Assembly: GCA_965213925.1 (NCBI GenBank)
Contig: OZ243927.1
Span: 1,600,001 to 1,664,000, forward strand
Direction of reading: 5' to 3'
Source: Trueperaceae bacterium
Lineage (GTDB): Bacteria; Deinococcota; Deinococci; Deinococcales; Trueperaceae
DNA length: 64,000 bases
Under the pieces are notes generated by a model that saw only the letters and a program-made list of their open reading frames with translations, searched no databases and was not told the DNA's origin. This document shows positions 1 to 12,296 of this stretch, piece after piece (position 1 is the first letter of the stretch; each line of letters starts with the position of its first letter). The translations under genes and the position numbers were made by a program.

Positions 1-1386
1 CAACCCAGCGACGAAGCGCTGCTTTTGGAAATTTCTAAACAGCGCAAGGTCGCCCCGCTTTTAGGCGAACGCCTCGGCAAGCAGACCTTCGCCGTGCCAC
101 TGGCGCACCGAGGGCTCATCAAGCAAGCCCTGTTAGAAGTCGGCTGGCCTGTGGAGGATTTAGCGGGCTACAAGGATGGGTTGGAGCTTTCCGTCGCCCT
201 AGCGAACACCTTGCAGGTGCGTTCTTATCAAGAGGACGCGGTGGAAGCGTTCTATCTTGGGGGTTCCCGGCAGGGCGGCTCCGGCGTCGTCGTGTTGCCA
301 CCTGGCGCGGGCAAGACTATCGTGGGTCTCGTCGCCATGACGAGGGTCGGTCAGCGCACGCTCATCCTGACGACGAACCGCACCAGCGTCAGCCAGTGGG
401 GGCGCGAGCTTTTAGATAAGACGACGCTCGCGCAAGAGGACGTGGCGGAGTACCGCTCCAACGCGAAGAAGCTGGGTCCGGTCACGCTCTGCACCTATCA
501 GATGCTGACCACGCGCAAAAGGCGCAAAAAGGGCGAAAAGGAGACCGAAGCGGTCTACCCGCACATGCAGCTCTTTCGCGAGCAGGACTGGGGGCTCATC
601 GTGTACGACGAGGTCCACCTCTTGCCCGCGCCCGTGTTCCGCCTCACCGCCGAGGTGCAGGCGCGGCGGCGCTTGGGGCTTACCGCAACGCTGATTCGCG
701 AGGACGGGCGCGAGGGGGACGTGTTCTCGCTCATCGGTCCGAAACGCTTCGACGTGCCGTGGAAGGACCTCGAGTCGAGCGGCTGGATCGCCAACGCGCA
801 CCTCTGCGAGGTACGCCTCAAACTGTCCGAAGAAGAGCGCCTCAGCTACGCGGTCTCCGAACCCGCGCTCAAGTTTCGCATCGCCGCTGAGAACCCGCGC
901 AAACGTGAGCTGGTTGAGCGCATCTTAGCGCACCACCGGGGCGAGCCGAGCTTGGTGATCGGGCAGTACCTGCACCAGCTAGAACTCATCGCGAATGACC
1001 TAGACGCGCCGCTCATCACGGGCGAAACCCCGCAGAGCGAACGCGAACGGCTCTTCGCCGCGTTTAGGGAGGGCGGTGTGGAGACGCTCGTCTTATCCAA
1101 AGTCGGTAACTTCGCGCTCGACTTGCCCGACGCGCAGGTAATGATTCAGGTCTCGGGCGCGTTCGGCTCACGCCAGGAGGAGGCGCAACGCTTGGGGCGC
1201 GTGCTGCGCCCGAAACGTGCGGGCGTCGGCGCTTACTTCTACAGCTTAGTGACGAGGGAAACCAAAGAGGAGGACTTCGCGCATCACCGGCAGCTCTTTT
1301 TGACCGAGCAGGGCTACGGGTATAGGATTATGGACGAGGCGGAGTGGTTGGAGCCGGAAGTAAGGGATGCGAGCGCACTGAACTAG
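1..1386 (+). CDS. XPB/Ssl2/Rad25-like DNA repair helicase (5' end lies outside the window)
   Basis: Walker A LPPGAGKT, DEVH box, GLTAT, QRLGRVLRPK motif VI, and bacterial XPB-like C-terminus RQLFLTEQGYGY; frame is open to the window edge. Confidence 0.9.
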   Translation, partial: QPSDEALLLEISKQRKVAPLLGERLGKQTFAVPLAHRGLIKQALLEVGWPVEDLAGYKDGLELSVALANTLQVRSYQEDAVEAFYLGGSRQGGSGVVVLPPGAGKTIVGLVAMTRVGQRTLILTTNRTSVSQWGRELLDKTTLAQEDVAEYRSNAKKLGPVTLCTYQMLTTRKRRKKGEKETEAVYPHMQLFREQDWGLIVYDEVHLLPAPVFRLTAEVQARRRLGLTATLIREDGREGDVFSLIGPKRFDVPWKDLESSGWIANAHLCEVRLKLSEEERLSYAVSEPALKFRIAAENPRKRELVERILAHHRGEPSLVIGQYLHQLELIANDLDAPLITGETPQSERERLFAAFREGGVETLVLSKVGNFALDLPDAQVMIQVSGAFGSRQEEAQRLGRVLRPKRAGVGAYFYSLVTRETKEEDFAHHRQLFLTEQGYGYRIMDEAEWLEPEVRDASALN

Positions 1387-1548
1387 CAAACATAAGCGAC
1401 TGAGTATGAGTATAGAGTATCGGGAGGAAGCAGTTGAAAGCAATGAGTTGAAAGTGGAAAAGCTTTTTGGTTTTCACTCACTACTCACCGTTCGTCCAGC
1501 TCGACTGGATTGCTCGGTACTCATTGCTTTTTACTTAAAGGAGTTTTC

Positions 1549-1809
1549 ATGTCCGCTAAACCTAGACGAAATCTCAAGTTTAATTCGCTCGAGCCTTTTC
1601 CCGCTCCTAAAGAGGTCGTGCTGCACGAGGGCTTGACGCTCGTCGAGGTGTCGGACGAGGCGGAGCTGAGCGCCCTACAAGCCGACGCCCGCTTGAAAGA
1701 TTTCATCTTGGCGCGGCTCTCACCCACCGAAGCGGTGGTGCTGCCCCAGCATCACCAGAGTTTTCTCAAGGCGCTGCTCAAGGCGGGGCATACGCCCAAA
1801 GTGGACTGA
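1549..1809 (+). CDS. Small protein resembling a stand-alone subdomain of XPB/helicase-associated proteins
   Basis: AAGGAG RBS before ATG 1549; segment LQADARLKDFILARLSPTEAVV...LLKAGHTP resembles the region before the XPB helicase core. Confidence 0.65.
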   Translation: MSAKPRRNLKFNSLEPFPAPKEVVLHEGLTLVEVSDEAELSALQADARLKDFILARLSPTEAVVLPQHHQSFLKALLKAGHTPKVD

Positions 1810-1812
1810 GCG

Positions 1813-4574
1813 GTGCCGAGAAATAGCCTATTAGAATTACTTGGTGAGTTGAGCGGCGCGCGTGAGGCAGAGACGGACGAAGGCGTTTCACCGGAACTGC
1901 TCGAGAAGCTTCGCGTGCTGGGCGTGAGCGTCGGTACCTCGGGGCTCGATAAGGTGACGCTCACTTCGTCACCCGGCGCGGCGTCGGTACCTGCGAGCGA
2001 AGGCGTAGGGTTAGAGCCCATGCTGCAGTACATGAACGTAGACCAGCTCAAGCAGGTTGCTAAGCGCTTTAACGAAGAGGCAAACGCGAGTCGCATGGCG
2101 GAGAGTAAGAAAGCTGTCAAACAGGCGCTTAGTAAGCCCGCAGCGCTGAAACAGATGGTAGCCGCGCTCAGCCCGCTCGAGCGCGCGCTCTTAAACGAAG
2201 TCAAACGGCGCGGCGGCGCGGCGGACGGCTGGTCGCTTATCGTTTACGCCGCCTTACGCGGTTTGAAGCCGAATAAGCGAGTAGGTAGCGGCAGCGTCTA
2301 CAAGCAGCAACTCAGCAGCGCTTTAGGGCTCGAGTATCTAGGCGTGCTGATTCGCGACGGGCTGCTCATCCCCGCGAGCAACCTCGCGTCGTGGTTTTTG
2401 CGCTATCAGTATTATATGAGCGAGAGCAGCCCCGAAGACGACGTTTTGCTCGCAGACCCGCGCCTCCTCGCGCAGCTACCGGACGAGCCGCCCCCAGAGC
2501 TGCAACCGCTCGCCCTTGAACCGCCCGCCCTTGAATCACCCGGTGGCGTCACGCTTACAGCGGTGCATCCAATGCGGACGTTGCTCGAGCTGTTCGACCT
2601 CTTGTCCCTCGTCACCGAAGAGGGCGGCGTGCAAATTACGCAGCGCGGCACGGTCAGCAGAACGCTGCTCAAACGCTTGGCGAAACGCAGACCGAACTTG
2701 GACAAGCGCATAGAAATGCTGCTGCATTTAGGCGTAACATTAGGGCTCTTCGATCCGCCTATAAGCGAATCTAGTAAAGACCCCTGGCGCGTCAACTTCA
2801 CCCGCCTACACGCCCTTAGAAGTGCCCCGCTCGCGCTGACCTATAGCTTCGCCATAGACGCCTCGCTGCAAATCCCCGAGGCGGAAGACGCTAGGGGCTC
2901 GGGCGCGTCCAGCTTGATCTCGAAAGAGGTGGCGAAGCGGGCACTTTTGGAGAGTTTGGAGGCGTTGCCAGAGGAAAGCGTGAAGCTGGACGCGGCGCTG
3001 GCGGCGCTGTGGGAGCGGGCGCTCAAGTACGTGGCGAGGGCTCCGCGCTGGGGCGACGACGCCGAGCCCAAGCGCCCCGCTTGGTTTACGGGCGTGCTGC
3101 AAGGCGCGTTTCACGAACTGGGTTTAGTGGCAACGGCGGAGCTAAAGGGCGTAAGCGAACCGCAAAAGAAAGCTCGCGGCGGCGTCAAGGTGATGGTTAA
3201 TGGAGAGATTGTGCCAGCGGCGTCCCTCTACAAAGATGACACCGCGCACAAGTACGCCGTCGCGCCCGCATTAGGTTTCGAATGGTTTCAGCGTGGGCGA
3301 GCCTTGCAAGAGGTCACGACGCCGCCCGAAATAACGCAGCTTCGCTCACTTAGGGGACTCGAGCCCGAGACGGGCAAACCCAACGAGCCTAGCTTGCTGA
3401 TTCAGCCGAACTTCGATATTTTAGTCTACCTGGATAAACTCACGCCCGCCGCGATGACCGCGCTCAGTTGCGCCGCCCTCACCCGCGTAGACGCGCAAAC
3501 GGCGAGCTACACGCTGAGCCGGGGGAGCCTCTACCGCGCCCTCGAGACCGGACTAGACCTAAAGGGCTTACTCGACCTCTTGAATGAGCACAGCATGGGC
3601 GTCCCCGACAACGTCACGCAGAGCCTGCGCGACTGGGCGTCACGCCGCGAGCGCTTGCGCGTGCAGGAGGATGTGCGGCTGCTCGAGTACGCCAGCCAAA
3701 AAGAGCGCGACGCCGCCTTGAAGAAGTTGACGGAAAGAGGTGCGCGTGCCCTCGCCGAGCGGTTCATCTTGCTAGAAAGAGGTGCACAACTCCCTAAAGT
3801 CAAGGTGCGCCACCCCTACGACCGTGCGCCGAGCCGTACGCTGCGCTTTTTACCCTCGGGACACTTCAAGTTGGAGGGTGCCACCGATTTAGCCGGACGC
3901 GCCGTCTTAGCGCAACTCGCTACTCAAGACGAAAAAGGGTACCACCTCGACGTGGATAAGGTTCGCGCCGGAGCGCTCACCCAAGCCGCCCGCGACGCGC
4001 TTACCGAACGGGCTCAAGGCGGTCTGCCGCCGCAGCTAGAAGCGCTCATTAACGTGTGGAGTGGCCAGAGCGCCGCGCCCACCGTCGCGACGATTCGCGT
4101 CTTTCAGCACCCGAGCGCGGCGGCGCTCGCCAAACACCCCAAAATCGCGCCGCACTTGGGCACAGCCATCAATGAAACGAGCTTTTTGGTTCAAGAGGGG
4201 CATGAGGAGCGGCTCGAGCAGCACCTCTCCGAGCTTGGTATAGAACCCGCCGAACGCTTCAAAGCGGACGTCAAACCGCAAGTCATCGACAGCAGCGCCA
4301 TGCAGACCGGGCTCAACACCCGCAAGATGCGCGAGTTAATCGAGGCGGCGATTGCGCAAGGGCGGGGCTCGAGCTGCGCTACCACCACGAAAAGACGAAC
4401 TACAACCGCTACGGTTACGACAAAAAAGTCAAGGGCAAGCTCGTCACGGAAAAGGTCACGCCCGAGTCGGTGACGTATTCGGGCTCGACGCCCTACGTGC
4501 GGACGAGTGCGCCGGGTAAGAAGGGGAGTTTTGAGATTCGGGTTGGGTATATTGAGGGGATTGCGGTGCTGTAG
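1813..4574 (+). CDS. Helicase-associated (XPB N-terminal-like, Helicase_C_3) domain protein with WYL-like C-terminus; apparent frameshift near 4364-4367
   Basis: LLIQPNFDILV...YTLSRGSLYRALETG...VPDNVTQSLRDW motif; adding one G in the GGGG run restores GRGLELRYHHEK...IRVGYIEGIAVL* ending at 4574. Confidence 0.75.
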
Positions 4575-4577
4575 GTG

Positions 4578-4655
4578 AGGAGTAGTCAGTGGTCAGAATT
4601 CAGTGGTCAAATAGCTTGTCTGCTGACTACTTACTACTGATTCCTGACTACTCCT
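4578..4655. repeat. Imperfect inverted repeat built from short tandem units, between convergent genes
   Basis: AGGAGTAGTCAG...CTGACTACTCCT with internal GTCAG/CTGAC units. Confidence 0.55.
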
Positions 4656-4684
4656 CCTTTCGACCTCTTACTTCCTCACGCAAC

Positions 4685-5881
4685 CTAACCTCTAAACTGT
4701 GACAAATACGCCCTCGAGATAATCAGATGCTGAATCTCGTCTGTTCCCTCACCGATTCTCGTAAGCCTCGCGTCGCGCCACATCCGCTCGACGTGGTACT
4801 CCTTGATGTAGCCGTAGCCGCCCAAAATCTGAATCGCGTAGTCGCACGCCTTGACCCCGGCGGTGCTCCCCTTGAGCTTCGCCATAGACGCCGCCATCGC
4901 GTAGTCCTTGCCCGCGTCTTTAAGCGCCGCCGCTTTGATGACTAAGAGCCGCGCCGCCTCTAACTCCGTCGCCATCTCCGCAATCTTAAAGCTGATGCCT
5001 TGATTGTCCGCAATGGGCTTGCCGAACTGCTCGCGCTCTAAAGCGTACTTCGAGGCAATTTCTAGTGCGCCGCGCCCGAGCCCGATACCCATCGCGCCGA
5101 TGCCGATGCGCCCGCCGTTTAAGACCTCCATCACGTCCTTAAAGGCTTCGCCGCGCGCGCCGAGCAGGTTTTCGGCGGGAACTTCTAAGTTCTCAAAGGT
5201 CAAGGGCGTCGTGTCAGAGGAGTGTAGTCCCAACTTCTCCTCGGGCTTGCCGCGAATCAGACCTTGCGACTCGCCGTCAAAAACGAATGCGCTGATGCCG
5301 TTTGAGGGCGAACGTCCCTCCTCGGCCGCGTCGGTGCGCGCGAGAATGACGTAGGTGCCGCCCACCGTGCCCTGCGTGATGAAAATCTTCGAGCCGCTCA
5401 CGACGAAGTGGTCGCCCATGTCCTCGGCTTTGGTCTTCATCCCCGCCGCGTCCGAGCCGGAGCTAGGCTCGGTGAGCCCCCACGCACCGAGCTTTTCTGC
5501 GCTTGCTAAAGAGGGTAAAAACTCACCCTTTTGCGCCTCGCTGCCTGCAATCTGGATATGCCCGGTGCAGAGCGAGTTGTGCGAGGCGACGGTCAAGCAG
5601 AGCGAGCCGTCCACAGCGGCAATCTCTTCGATGATGCGCGCCATCGTTTCGGTATCTAGCGCGGAGCCGCCGTACTGTTCAGGGACTTGCATCCCCATCA
5701 CGCCGAGTTCGCCGAGTTGTTTAACGATCTCGAGGGGAAACTCCCCCGACTTGTCCCGCTCCAACGCGCCCGGTGCGACTTCGTGATTCAAAAAATCTTT
5801 GAGCGCGCCAATCAGCGCTTTCTGGTCAGCGTCTAGCTCGAACCAGAGGTTGTTTTCAACATTTTGAAGTGTAGTCGTCAT
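4685..5881 (-). CDS. Acyl-CoA dehydrogenase
   Basis: [35 protein letters not shown] and IGEGTDEIQ motifs. Confidence 0.95.
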   Translation of the reverse strand: MTTTLQNVENNLWFELDADQKALIGALKDFLNHEVAPGALERDKSGEFPLEIVKQLGELGVMGMQVPEQYGGSALDTETMARIIEEIAAVDGSLCLTVASHNSLCTGHIQIAGSEAQKGEFLPSLASAEKLGAWGLTEPSSGSDAAGMKTKAEDMGDHFVVSGSKIFITQGTVGGTYVILARTDAAEEGRSPSNGISAFVFDGESQGLIRGKPEEKLGLHSSDTTPLTFENLEVPAENLLGARGEAFKDVMEVLNGGRIGIGAMGIGLGRGALEIASKYALEREQFGKPIADNQGISFKIAEMATELEAARLLVIKAAALKDAGKDYAMAASMAKLKGSTAGVKACDYAIQILGGYGYIKEYHVERMWRDARLTRIGEGTDEIQHLIISRAYLSQFRG

Positions 5882-6220
5882 AATTCATTATAGAGCGTAA
5901 ACTATTTTTGGAGCGCAGTGTACATATGTCGGTAAACAAGAAAGCAATGAGAAAAAGACAGTTGAAAGCAATCCAGTCGTACCCGGAGGGCACAGGGCTG
6001 GTTAGGTAATCTTTTGCCGGAGGGCAAAACTTCGTTTGCGTAGTCCTCCTTCGGGAGAAGCGAAGCAATGTACGTCAGTTTTTCCGATTACGAAGTTTTC
6101 GCAGAAGCGAAACGGCGAGCAATGAGTGAAAAGCCCTTGGTTTTTACTTTCAACTCATTGCTCATTGTTATCTTCGCCTTACCGCTTCTCTCTCCACCGA
6201 TAACTTGCTACACTACCCTT

Positions 6221-6602
6221 ATGGAGCACTACTGGGTAAGAGGGATTCGCGGGGCGACGACGGTGGCGCGCGACGAGCCGGAGCTTATTTTAGAGGCGAC
6301 CGGAGAGCTTTTAGAAACCATGCTGCGCGAAAACGGCGTCACGGAGTTCGAGCCGATCGCGTCTATCTTTTTTACGACGACGCCCGACTTATGCAGTACC
6401 TTTCCCGCTGAGGCGGCGCGGCGGCTCGGCATGAACATGGTGCCCCTTAATCTGTAACCAAGAGATTCCCGTGCCGAACCGCCTGCCCTTGGCGGTGCGC
6501 GTGATGATGCAGGTCAACACGCGCAAAAGCCAAAAGGAGATGAAACATATCTATTTACGTGAAGCGGTCAAGCTTCGTCCCGACCTGGTAAGTGCGCAGT
6601 AG
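6221..6602 (+). CDS. aroH: Chorismate mutase, AroH class; apparent frameshift near 6443-6446
   Basis: VRGIRGATTV, SIFFTTTPDL, FPAEAAR; removing one C from CCCC restores VPLICNQEIPVP...HIYLREAVKLRPDLVSAQ*. Confidence 0.88.
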
Positions 6603-6610
6603 TTGGGTTT

Positions 6611-7147
6611 TTACTTATCCCCAAACTTCTCCCTGTAGAGCTTTCGGCAGCGCTCGATTGACTCGTGCGCAGCTTCTTTACCCTGGAAGTCCTCGACATC
6701 GACGCCTTTTTGCATCGCGTCCTTGTAAGAGTTGAAAAACCACTTGAGTTCGTCGCGCTCATAGCGGGGTAGGTCGCCAACCTCTTTGTAATCGCTGTAC
6801 ATAGGGTCGTCCACATGGACGCAGATGAGTTTATCGTCGGTCTCGCCGTTGTCCTTCATCTTGAAAATTCCGATGGGTCGCACGCGCAGCACGCTGAGGG
6901 GAATAACAGCGTTTTGCATCATGACCAACACGTCAATGGGGTCGCCGTCGTCGTCCAACGTCTGCGGCAGAAAGCCGTAGTTCGTCGGGTAAGGGATGGG
7001 CGGATGGAGCACGCGGTCTACGCTGATGATGCCTAGTTCGGGGTCGAGTTCGTACTTCGTCGTGTCGCCGCCCGGAACCTCAACAACAGCGCGGACCTCT
7101 TCGGGTGCGTCGTCGCCTAGGGGGATGTCGTGCCAGGGGTGAACCAT
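6611..7147 (-). CDS. ppa: Inorganic pyrophosphatase, family I
   Basis: HPWHD, KYELD, YPTNYGFLPQT, DGDPIDVLV, DDKLI. Confidence 0.95.
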   Translation of the reverse strand: MVHPWHDIPLGDDAPEEVRAVVEVPGGDTTKYELDPELGIISVDRVLHPPIPYPTNYGFLPQTLDDDGDPIDVLVMMQNAVIPLSVLRVRPIGIFKMKDNGETDDKLICVHVDDPMYSDYKEVGDLPRYERDELKWFFNSYKDAMQKGVDVEDFQGKEAAHESIERCRKLYREKFGDK

Positions 7148-7252
7148 GGTGAATCTCCTTGTTTGCCGGTATCCTCACGGGAGAAGGATACGCGTGAAAT
7201 TGTTTCAGTTTAGACCTGAAAGCGCTCGAGTTTAACAGAGGAAGATGAAAGC

Positions 7253-7702
7253 TCACTGTTCGCGCAACCCTGATTCATCCGTGGCGAAGCCGATGTAAGG
7301 ATTCTCACGCTTCTGCGTCCAAACCTCTTTCAGTTGCGGCGGATAAATGGTGACGCCTTGTACCTCGCCTCGGCTGAACCACCGCGCCTCGGCTAGGTGC
7401 TCCTGCTCGGGAATGCTCGGTTCGCTCCCCCCATCTACCAAGGTCGCAAGAAAGGTCAGCTCTAAGGAACGTTCGTGCTTGCCTTCGCCGTAAAATTCCT
7501 GCACGAAGAGAAGCTCGCCCACCTCCACGTGCAGCCGCGTTTCCTCGAAGACCTCACGCGCGCCGCATTCGGGCAACGTCTCACCCGCTTCCCAACCGCC
7601 ACCCGGCGGATACCAGTAGGGGAGACCTTCATTGCGGACGAGCAGCAAACGCGCTTCGTGCATCACCGCGAGGCGGCAGATAACTCTCGGATTCACTCCC
7701 AC
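7253..7702 (-). CDS. NUDIX hydrolase
   Basis: Nudix box GGGWEAGETLPECGAREVFEET. Confidence 0.9.
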   Translation of the reverse strand: MGVNPRVICRLAVMHEARLLLVRNEGLPYWYPPGGGWEAGETLPECGAREVFEETRLHVEVGELLFVQEFYGEGKHERSLELTFLATLVDGGSEPSIPEQEHLAEARWFSRGEVQGVTIYPPQLKEVWTQKRENPYIGFATDESGLREQ

Positions 7703-7974
7703 GCTTTGACGGGGATGAGTTCGCCGCCGTCTACGGTCGCGTTCTTGACGCGGTGGCTACGGCTCAATGTGACCTCTAACACGGCTTCATCCAGGCTGCT
7801 CGAGCCGATCAGCACCTTGCGCACGAAGTAGCCACCCCCCGGCTGAGCGCTCATCTCACTCGACTTGGACAACCTGACGGGGATGACCTCGCCGTTTCTC
7901 GAGGTGCGCACCCTAGCCAGTAAAAAGTTGCCTTCGTTTTTGAAGTTGGGATTTCTGCGGAGGAAGGAGAACAT
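7693..7974 (-). CDS. Hypothetical protein, 93 aa
   Basis: TACACT box 6 nt before ATG; overlaps the NUDIX start. Confidence 0.7.
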   Translation of the reverse strand: MFSFLRRNPNFKNEGNFLLARVRTSRNGEVIPVRLSKSSEMSAQPGGGYFVRKVLIGSSSLDEAVLEVTLSRSHRVKNATVDGGELIPVKAWE

Positions 7975-8041
7975 GCTCTTAGTGTAACTGAGTTGCGTCT
8001 TTTTGTAGAGCTAGTGCTTTAGAGAAACGAGAGAAAAGAGA

Positions 8042-8096
8042 AAAGGACTGAGGACTGAGTATTTTACTTTCCTCTCAGTCCTCAGTCCTCAGTCCT
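8042..8096. repeat. Inverted heptamer tandem repeat (AGGACTG)n/(CAGTCCT)n, possible terminator after clpX
   Basis: AAGGACTGAGGACTGAG ... CTCAGTCCTCAGTCCTCAGTCCTT. Confidence 0.6.
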
Positions 8097-8115
8097 TATT
8101 CCTCGTTACTCGCCT

Positions 8116-9315
<1,200 letters not shown>

Positions 9316-9316
9316 C

Positions 9317-9940
9317 CTACTCGTCCTCACTGAGCTGACTCGCGCCGATGCGCACGTTTTCTCTTGGGGAGACGACGCGGTCTATGAGCCCGTAATCCTT
9401 CGCCTCGTCGGGCGACATGAAGTAGTCGCGCTCCATGTCCTTTTTGATCTTTTCCTTGTCGAGCCCGGTGTGCTCCTCGTAAAGGTTGAGCATCGTGTCG
9501 CGCAAGAAGAGGATTTCGTTCGCCTGCACTTCGACGTCCGGCGTGTTGCCGCGAAAGCCCGAAGAGCCCTGGTGGATCATGACCCTCGAGTTCGGCAGCG
9601 CCAAACGCTTGCCCTTCTCGCCCGCCATGAGGATCACGGAGCCCATCGACATGGCGATGCCGACACAAATCGTGCTAATCGGCGCGGAAACGAGCTGCAT
9701 GGTGTCGTAAATGGCGAGACCCGCGTAGACCTCGCCACCGGGCGAGTTGATGTAAATCTGAATATCTTGCTCGGGGTTTTGAGCGTCCAAGAGGAGAAGC
9801 TGCGCGACGATGACGTTGGCAACTTCGGAGTTGATGGGCGTACCCAGAAAGATGATGCGCTCTTTCATGAGGCGGCTGTAAACGTCATACATGCGCTCGC
9901 CGCGCCCGGTCTGTTCGATGACGTAGGGGACTAGGGACAT
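9317..9940 (-). CDS. clpP: ATP-dependent Clp protease proteolytic subunit
   Basis: YDVYSRL, YINSPGG, catalytic SMG and MIHQ, ERDYFMS. Confidence 0.97.
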   Translation of the reverse strand: MSLVPYVIEQTGRGERMYDVYSRLMKERIIFLGTPINSEVANVIVAQLLLLDAQNPEQDIQIYINSPGGEVYAGLAIYDTMQLVSAPISTICVGIAMSMGSVILMAGEKGKRLALPNSRVMIHQGSSGFRGNTPDVEVQANEILFLRDTMLNLYEEHTGLDKEKIKKDMERDYFMSPDEAKDYGLIDRVVSPRENVRIGASQLSEDE

Positions 9941-10207
9941 AAATCGCTCCTTCTGTAGCAGATATCATCCGGTCGGAGATGATACAAGTCGACAAGATAT
10001 GTAGCGCGCATTTCAGATCGTACCTTTGGCGTCGCCAAAACTTCGTCTGCTACGCAGCTTGCAGAAAGTGTCATTTCGGTCTCATGTTGAATGATAACCG
10101 TTTTGGTCTGAAGCGTACTCGCTATATAAAATATCACTATTGCCAGTATTCACGTCCCCGCGTTCCTTTGCCGTTATCGGGGTCACGTAAACCACGGGGA
10201 TTTAGGG

Positions 10208-11704
10208 CTACTCAGTCGATTCGGCGGCTCGAGGCTCGGCAGGTTCATTCGTATCCACGTCCGCCTCTGCTGTCTCCACATTCGTGTCCGCGCTCGCAGC
10301 GGTAGTCTCGGTGTCCTCTGATTCACCCGGCAACGCTTCGTCCTCGTCATCTTCACCTAAAAGCTCACGCACGCTCTCGCGCACCGCCTTGTCCCGCGCG
10401 AGTAAAAAGCGGTAGTTCTCCACCCCTTCGCGCCCGAGTTCCTGCCTGAGCTTTGCAACGTTGCTCTGCTGACGTTGTGCCATGTAGGTCAGGGCGGCGT
10501 CTAGTTCTTCGCTTGTGACCTGCGTGCCGCGCACCTCTAAGAGCTTTTCCAGCACCAAGTCACGCTTCACGCCCGTCGTCGCAGCTTCGTCCAACTCGTC
10601 CTCGAACTCCTGGCGCTTGTCGTCCTCTTCCAAGCTCTGCAAGTACATCTGCATGTTCATGCCGCGCCCTTGCAAATCCTGCGCCAAGTTCTCCAAGAGG
10701 TTGCGCTTGCGCCGGTTGATGAGACTCTGCGGAAGGCTCAGCTCAGTTTCCTCCACGAGCTTGCCGATAAACTCCTCTTGCTGCTCGGAGAAAATCTCTT
10801 GGTCCATCTGCGCCTGGAGGCTCCTGCGGATTTGCGCTTCGGCTTCTTCCCAGGTGCCAAAGCCGAGCGTCTGCGCGAACTCGTCGTCCGGCTCGGGTTT
10901 CTCCTTCGCTTTGATATCGCGGATAACGACGTTGAGGACGGTTAGCTCGTTGACTTCTGCGTCTTCTTCGGCTTGCGCGTCTTGGCTCGAGTCCGCCGCG
11001 ACCTCTTCCGCACTCTCTTCGGACTCACCTTCCGCTAAAACTTCGACCTCTTCGTCCTCGTCTTCGATCTCGGGCGGCGTCGGCACGTCCAACTTCAAAG
11101 CGACCTCGTCGCCGATCAACTTGCCGTAGAACTGCTCCGCGAGGGTGTCGCCCACGCGCTCCAAGTCGATGGGCATGGTGGAGCCTGCGGTTTCGCCTAG
11201 TGACTCGACGGTCAGATAGTCGCCCGCTTCGGCAGGACGCTCGACGGGAACGAGCGTAGCGTTCTCGCTCTGCAGGTTCTCGACCGTCTCTGCGACCATC
11301 TCGTCGGTGACGGGCACGCCCTCCGTGTCGATGACGATGTCTTCGATATTCGGCAGCTTGACCTCGGGGTAGAGTTCGACCTCAACCTCGAACGTGTAGT
11401 CCTCGTTCTCGACGGGCTCGTGCGCGTGGAAGTTGGCGCTGACGGGATTCAGCTCTAATTCTTGTGCTGCTTGCGGATAGTACGTCTCAACTAAAGCGTC
11501 GCGCACCTCTTGGGCGACGGCGTCCTTGCCGACCCTCGCTTCGATTACACCCCTGGGCGCTTTGCCGGGGCGAAAGCCGGGCACCTTGACCTGACGCGCT
11601 AAGCTTCGCAAAATTGTGCTGTACGCCTTGTTGACCTCTTCGGCGGGCACGTCCACCTTGAATTTGGCGCTGACGCCTTGTCGTTCTAAAATCTCTGTTT
11701 GCAT
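10208..11704 (-). CDS. tig: Trigger factor
   Basis: Ribosome-binding signature VPGFRPGKAP; tig-clpP-clpX synteny. Confidence 0.95.
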   Translation of the reverse strand: MQTEILERQGVSAKFKVDVPAEEVNKAYSTILRSLARQVKVPGFRPGKAPRGVIEARVGKDAVAQEVRDALVETYYPQAAQELELNPVSANFHAHEPVENEDYTFEVEVELYPEVKLPNIEDIVIDTEGVPVTDEMVAETVENLQSENATLVPVERPAEAGDYLTVESLGETAGSTMPIDLERVGDTLAEQFYGKLIGDEVALKLDVPTPPEIEDEDEEVEVLAEGESEESAEEVAADSSQDAQAEEDAEVNELTVLNVVIRDIKAKEKPEPDDEFAQTLGFGTWEEAEAQIRRSLQAQMDQEIFSEQQEEFIGKLVEETELSLPQSLINRRKRNLLENLAQDLQGRGMNMQMYLQSLEEDDKRQEFEDELDEAATTGVKRDLVLEKLLEVRGTQVTSEELDAALTYMAQRQQSNVAKLRQELGREGVENYRFLLARDKAVRESVRELLGEDDEDEALPGESEDTETTAASADTNVETAEADVDTNEPAEPRAAESTE

Positions 11705-12296
11705 ACCGTCTCCTGACCTCTTCCCGGTGCCTTCGTAAGTTCACCCTTGCTGAGCGTATCCCACACTTGTGCCAGTATCGGCTCGGCCAAGGATTTCAGC
11801 TCGCTTTACAAAGTTTTTGCACGGAACTTCATCTACCAACGTGCGCGCTGAATCTGCGAATTTCTTGACCATGAGCGTTCTCGACCAGATGAAATCCCGC
11901 TCTCAGCGAAGCCTAGCGGGGTGGCTGACGCCTGAACGCGCAAAGCCTTCCCGGTTACCGTTCATTCCGAAAGGGAAACTTCGTAACCGAAGGAACCCGC
12001 TCTATCTGTGTAAATTCTAACCTCATGTCGCGAACGACAAAGCAGTGTAGTCTAACAGGTTGTTTGGATGTGCGCCAAAGCGTGAGGAGACAGAAGCGAG
12101 CAGCTCAGGGCGTTCTAGGGGCGTTTGGAGGCTGTTGTTTGCTCGAGAAGGCTCTTTTGGCGGTTATCAGTGGAGTACGAAGTTGTGCGCAGCAACGCTC
12201 TCACATGTTGCAATGCTCCCTGCAAGCGCTGCTGGTTAGGATTAGCGCGAAAGTGCTTCTGTCACGCACCTAAAGTTCAACCGCTATACTTTAGCT

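Noticed and set aside
11705..12296. tRNA or small genes upstream of tig
   Set aside because: No cloverleaf; the short ORFs have no motifs; only hairpin and repeat fragments are visible
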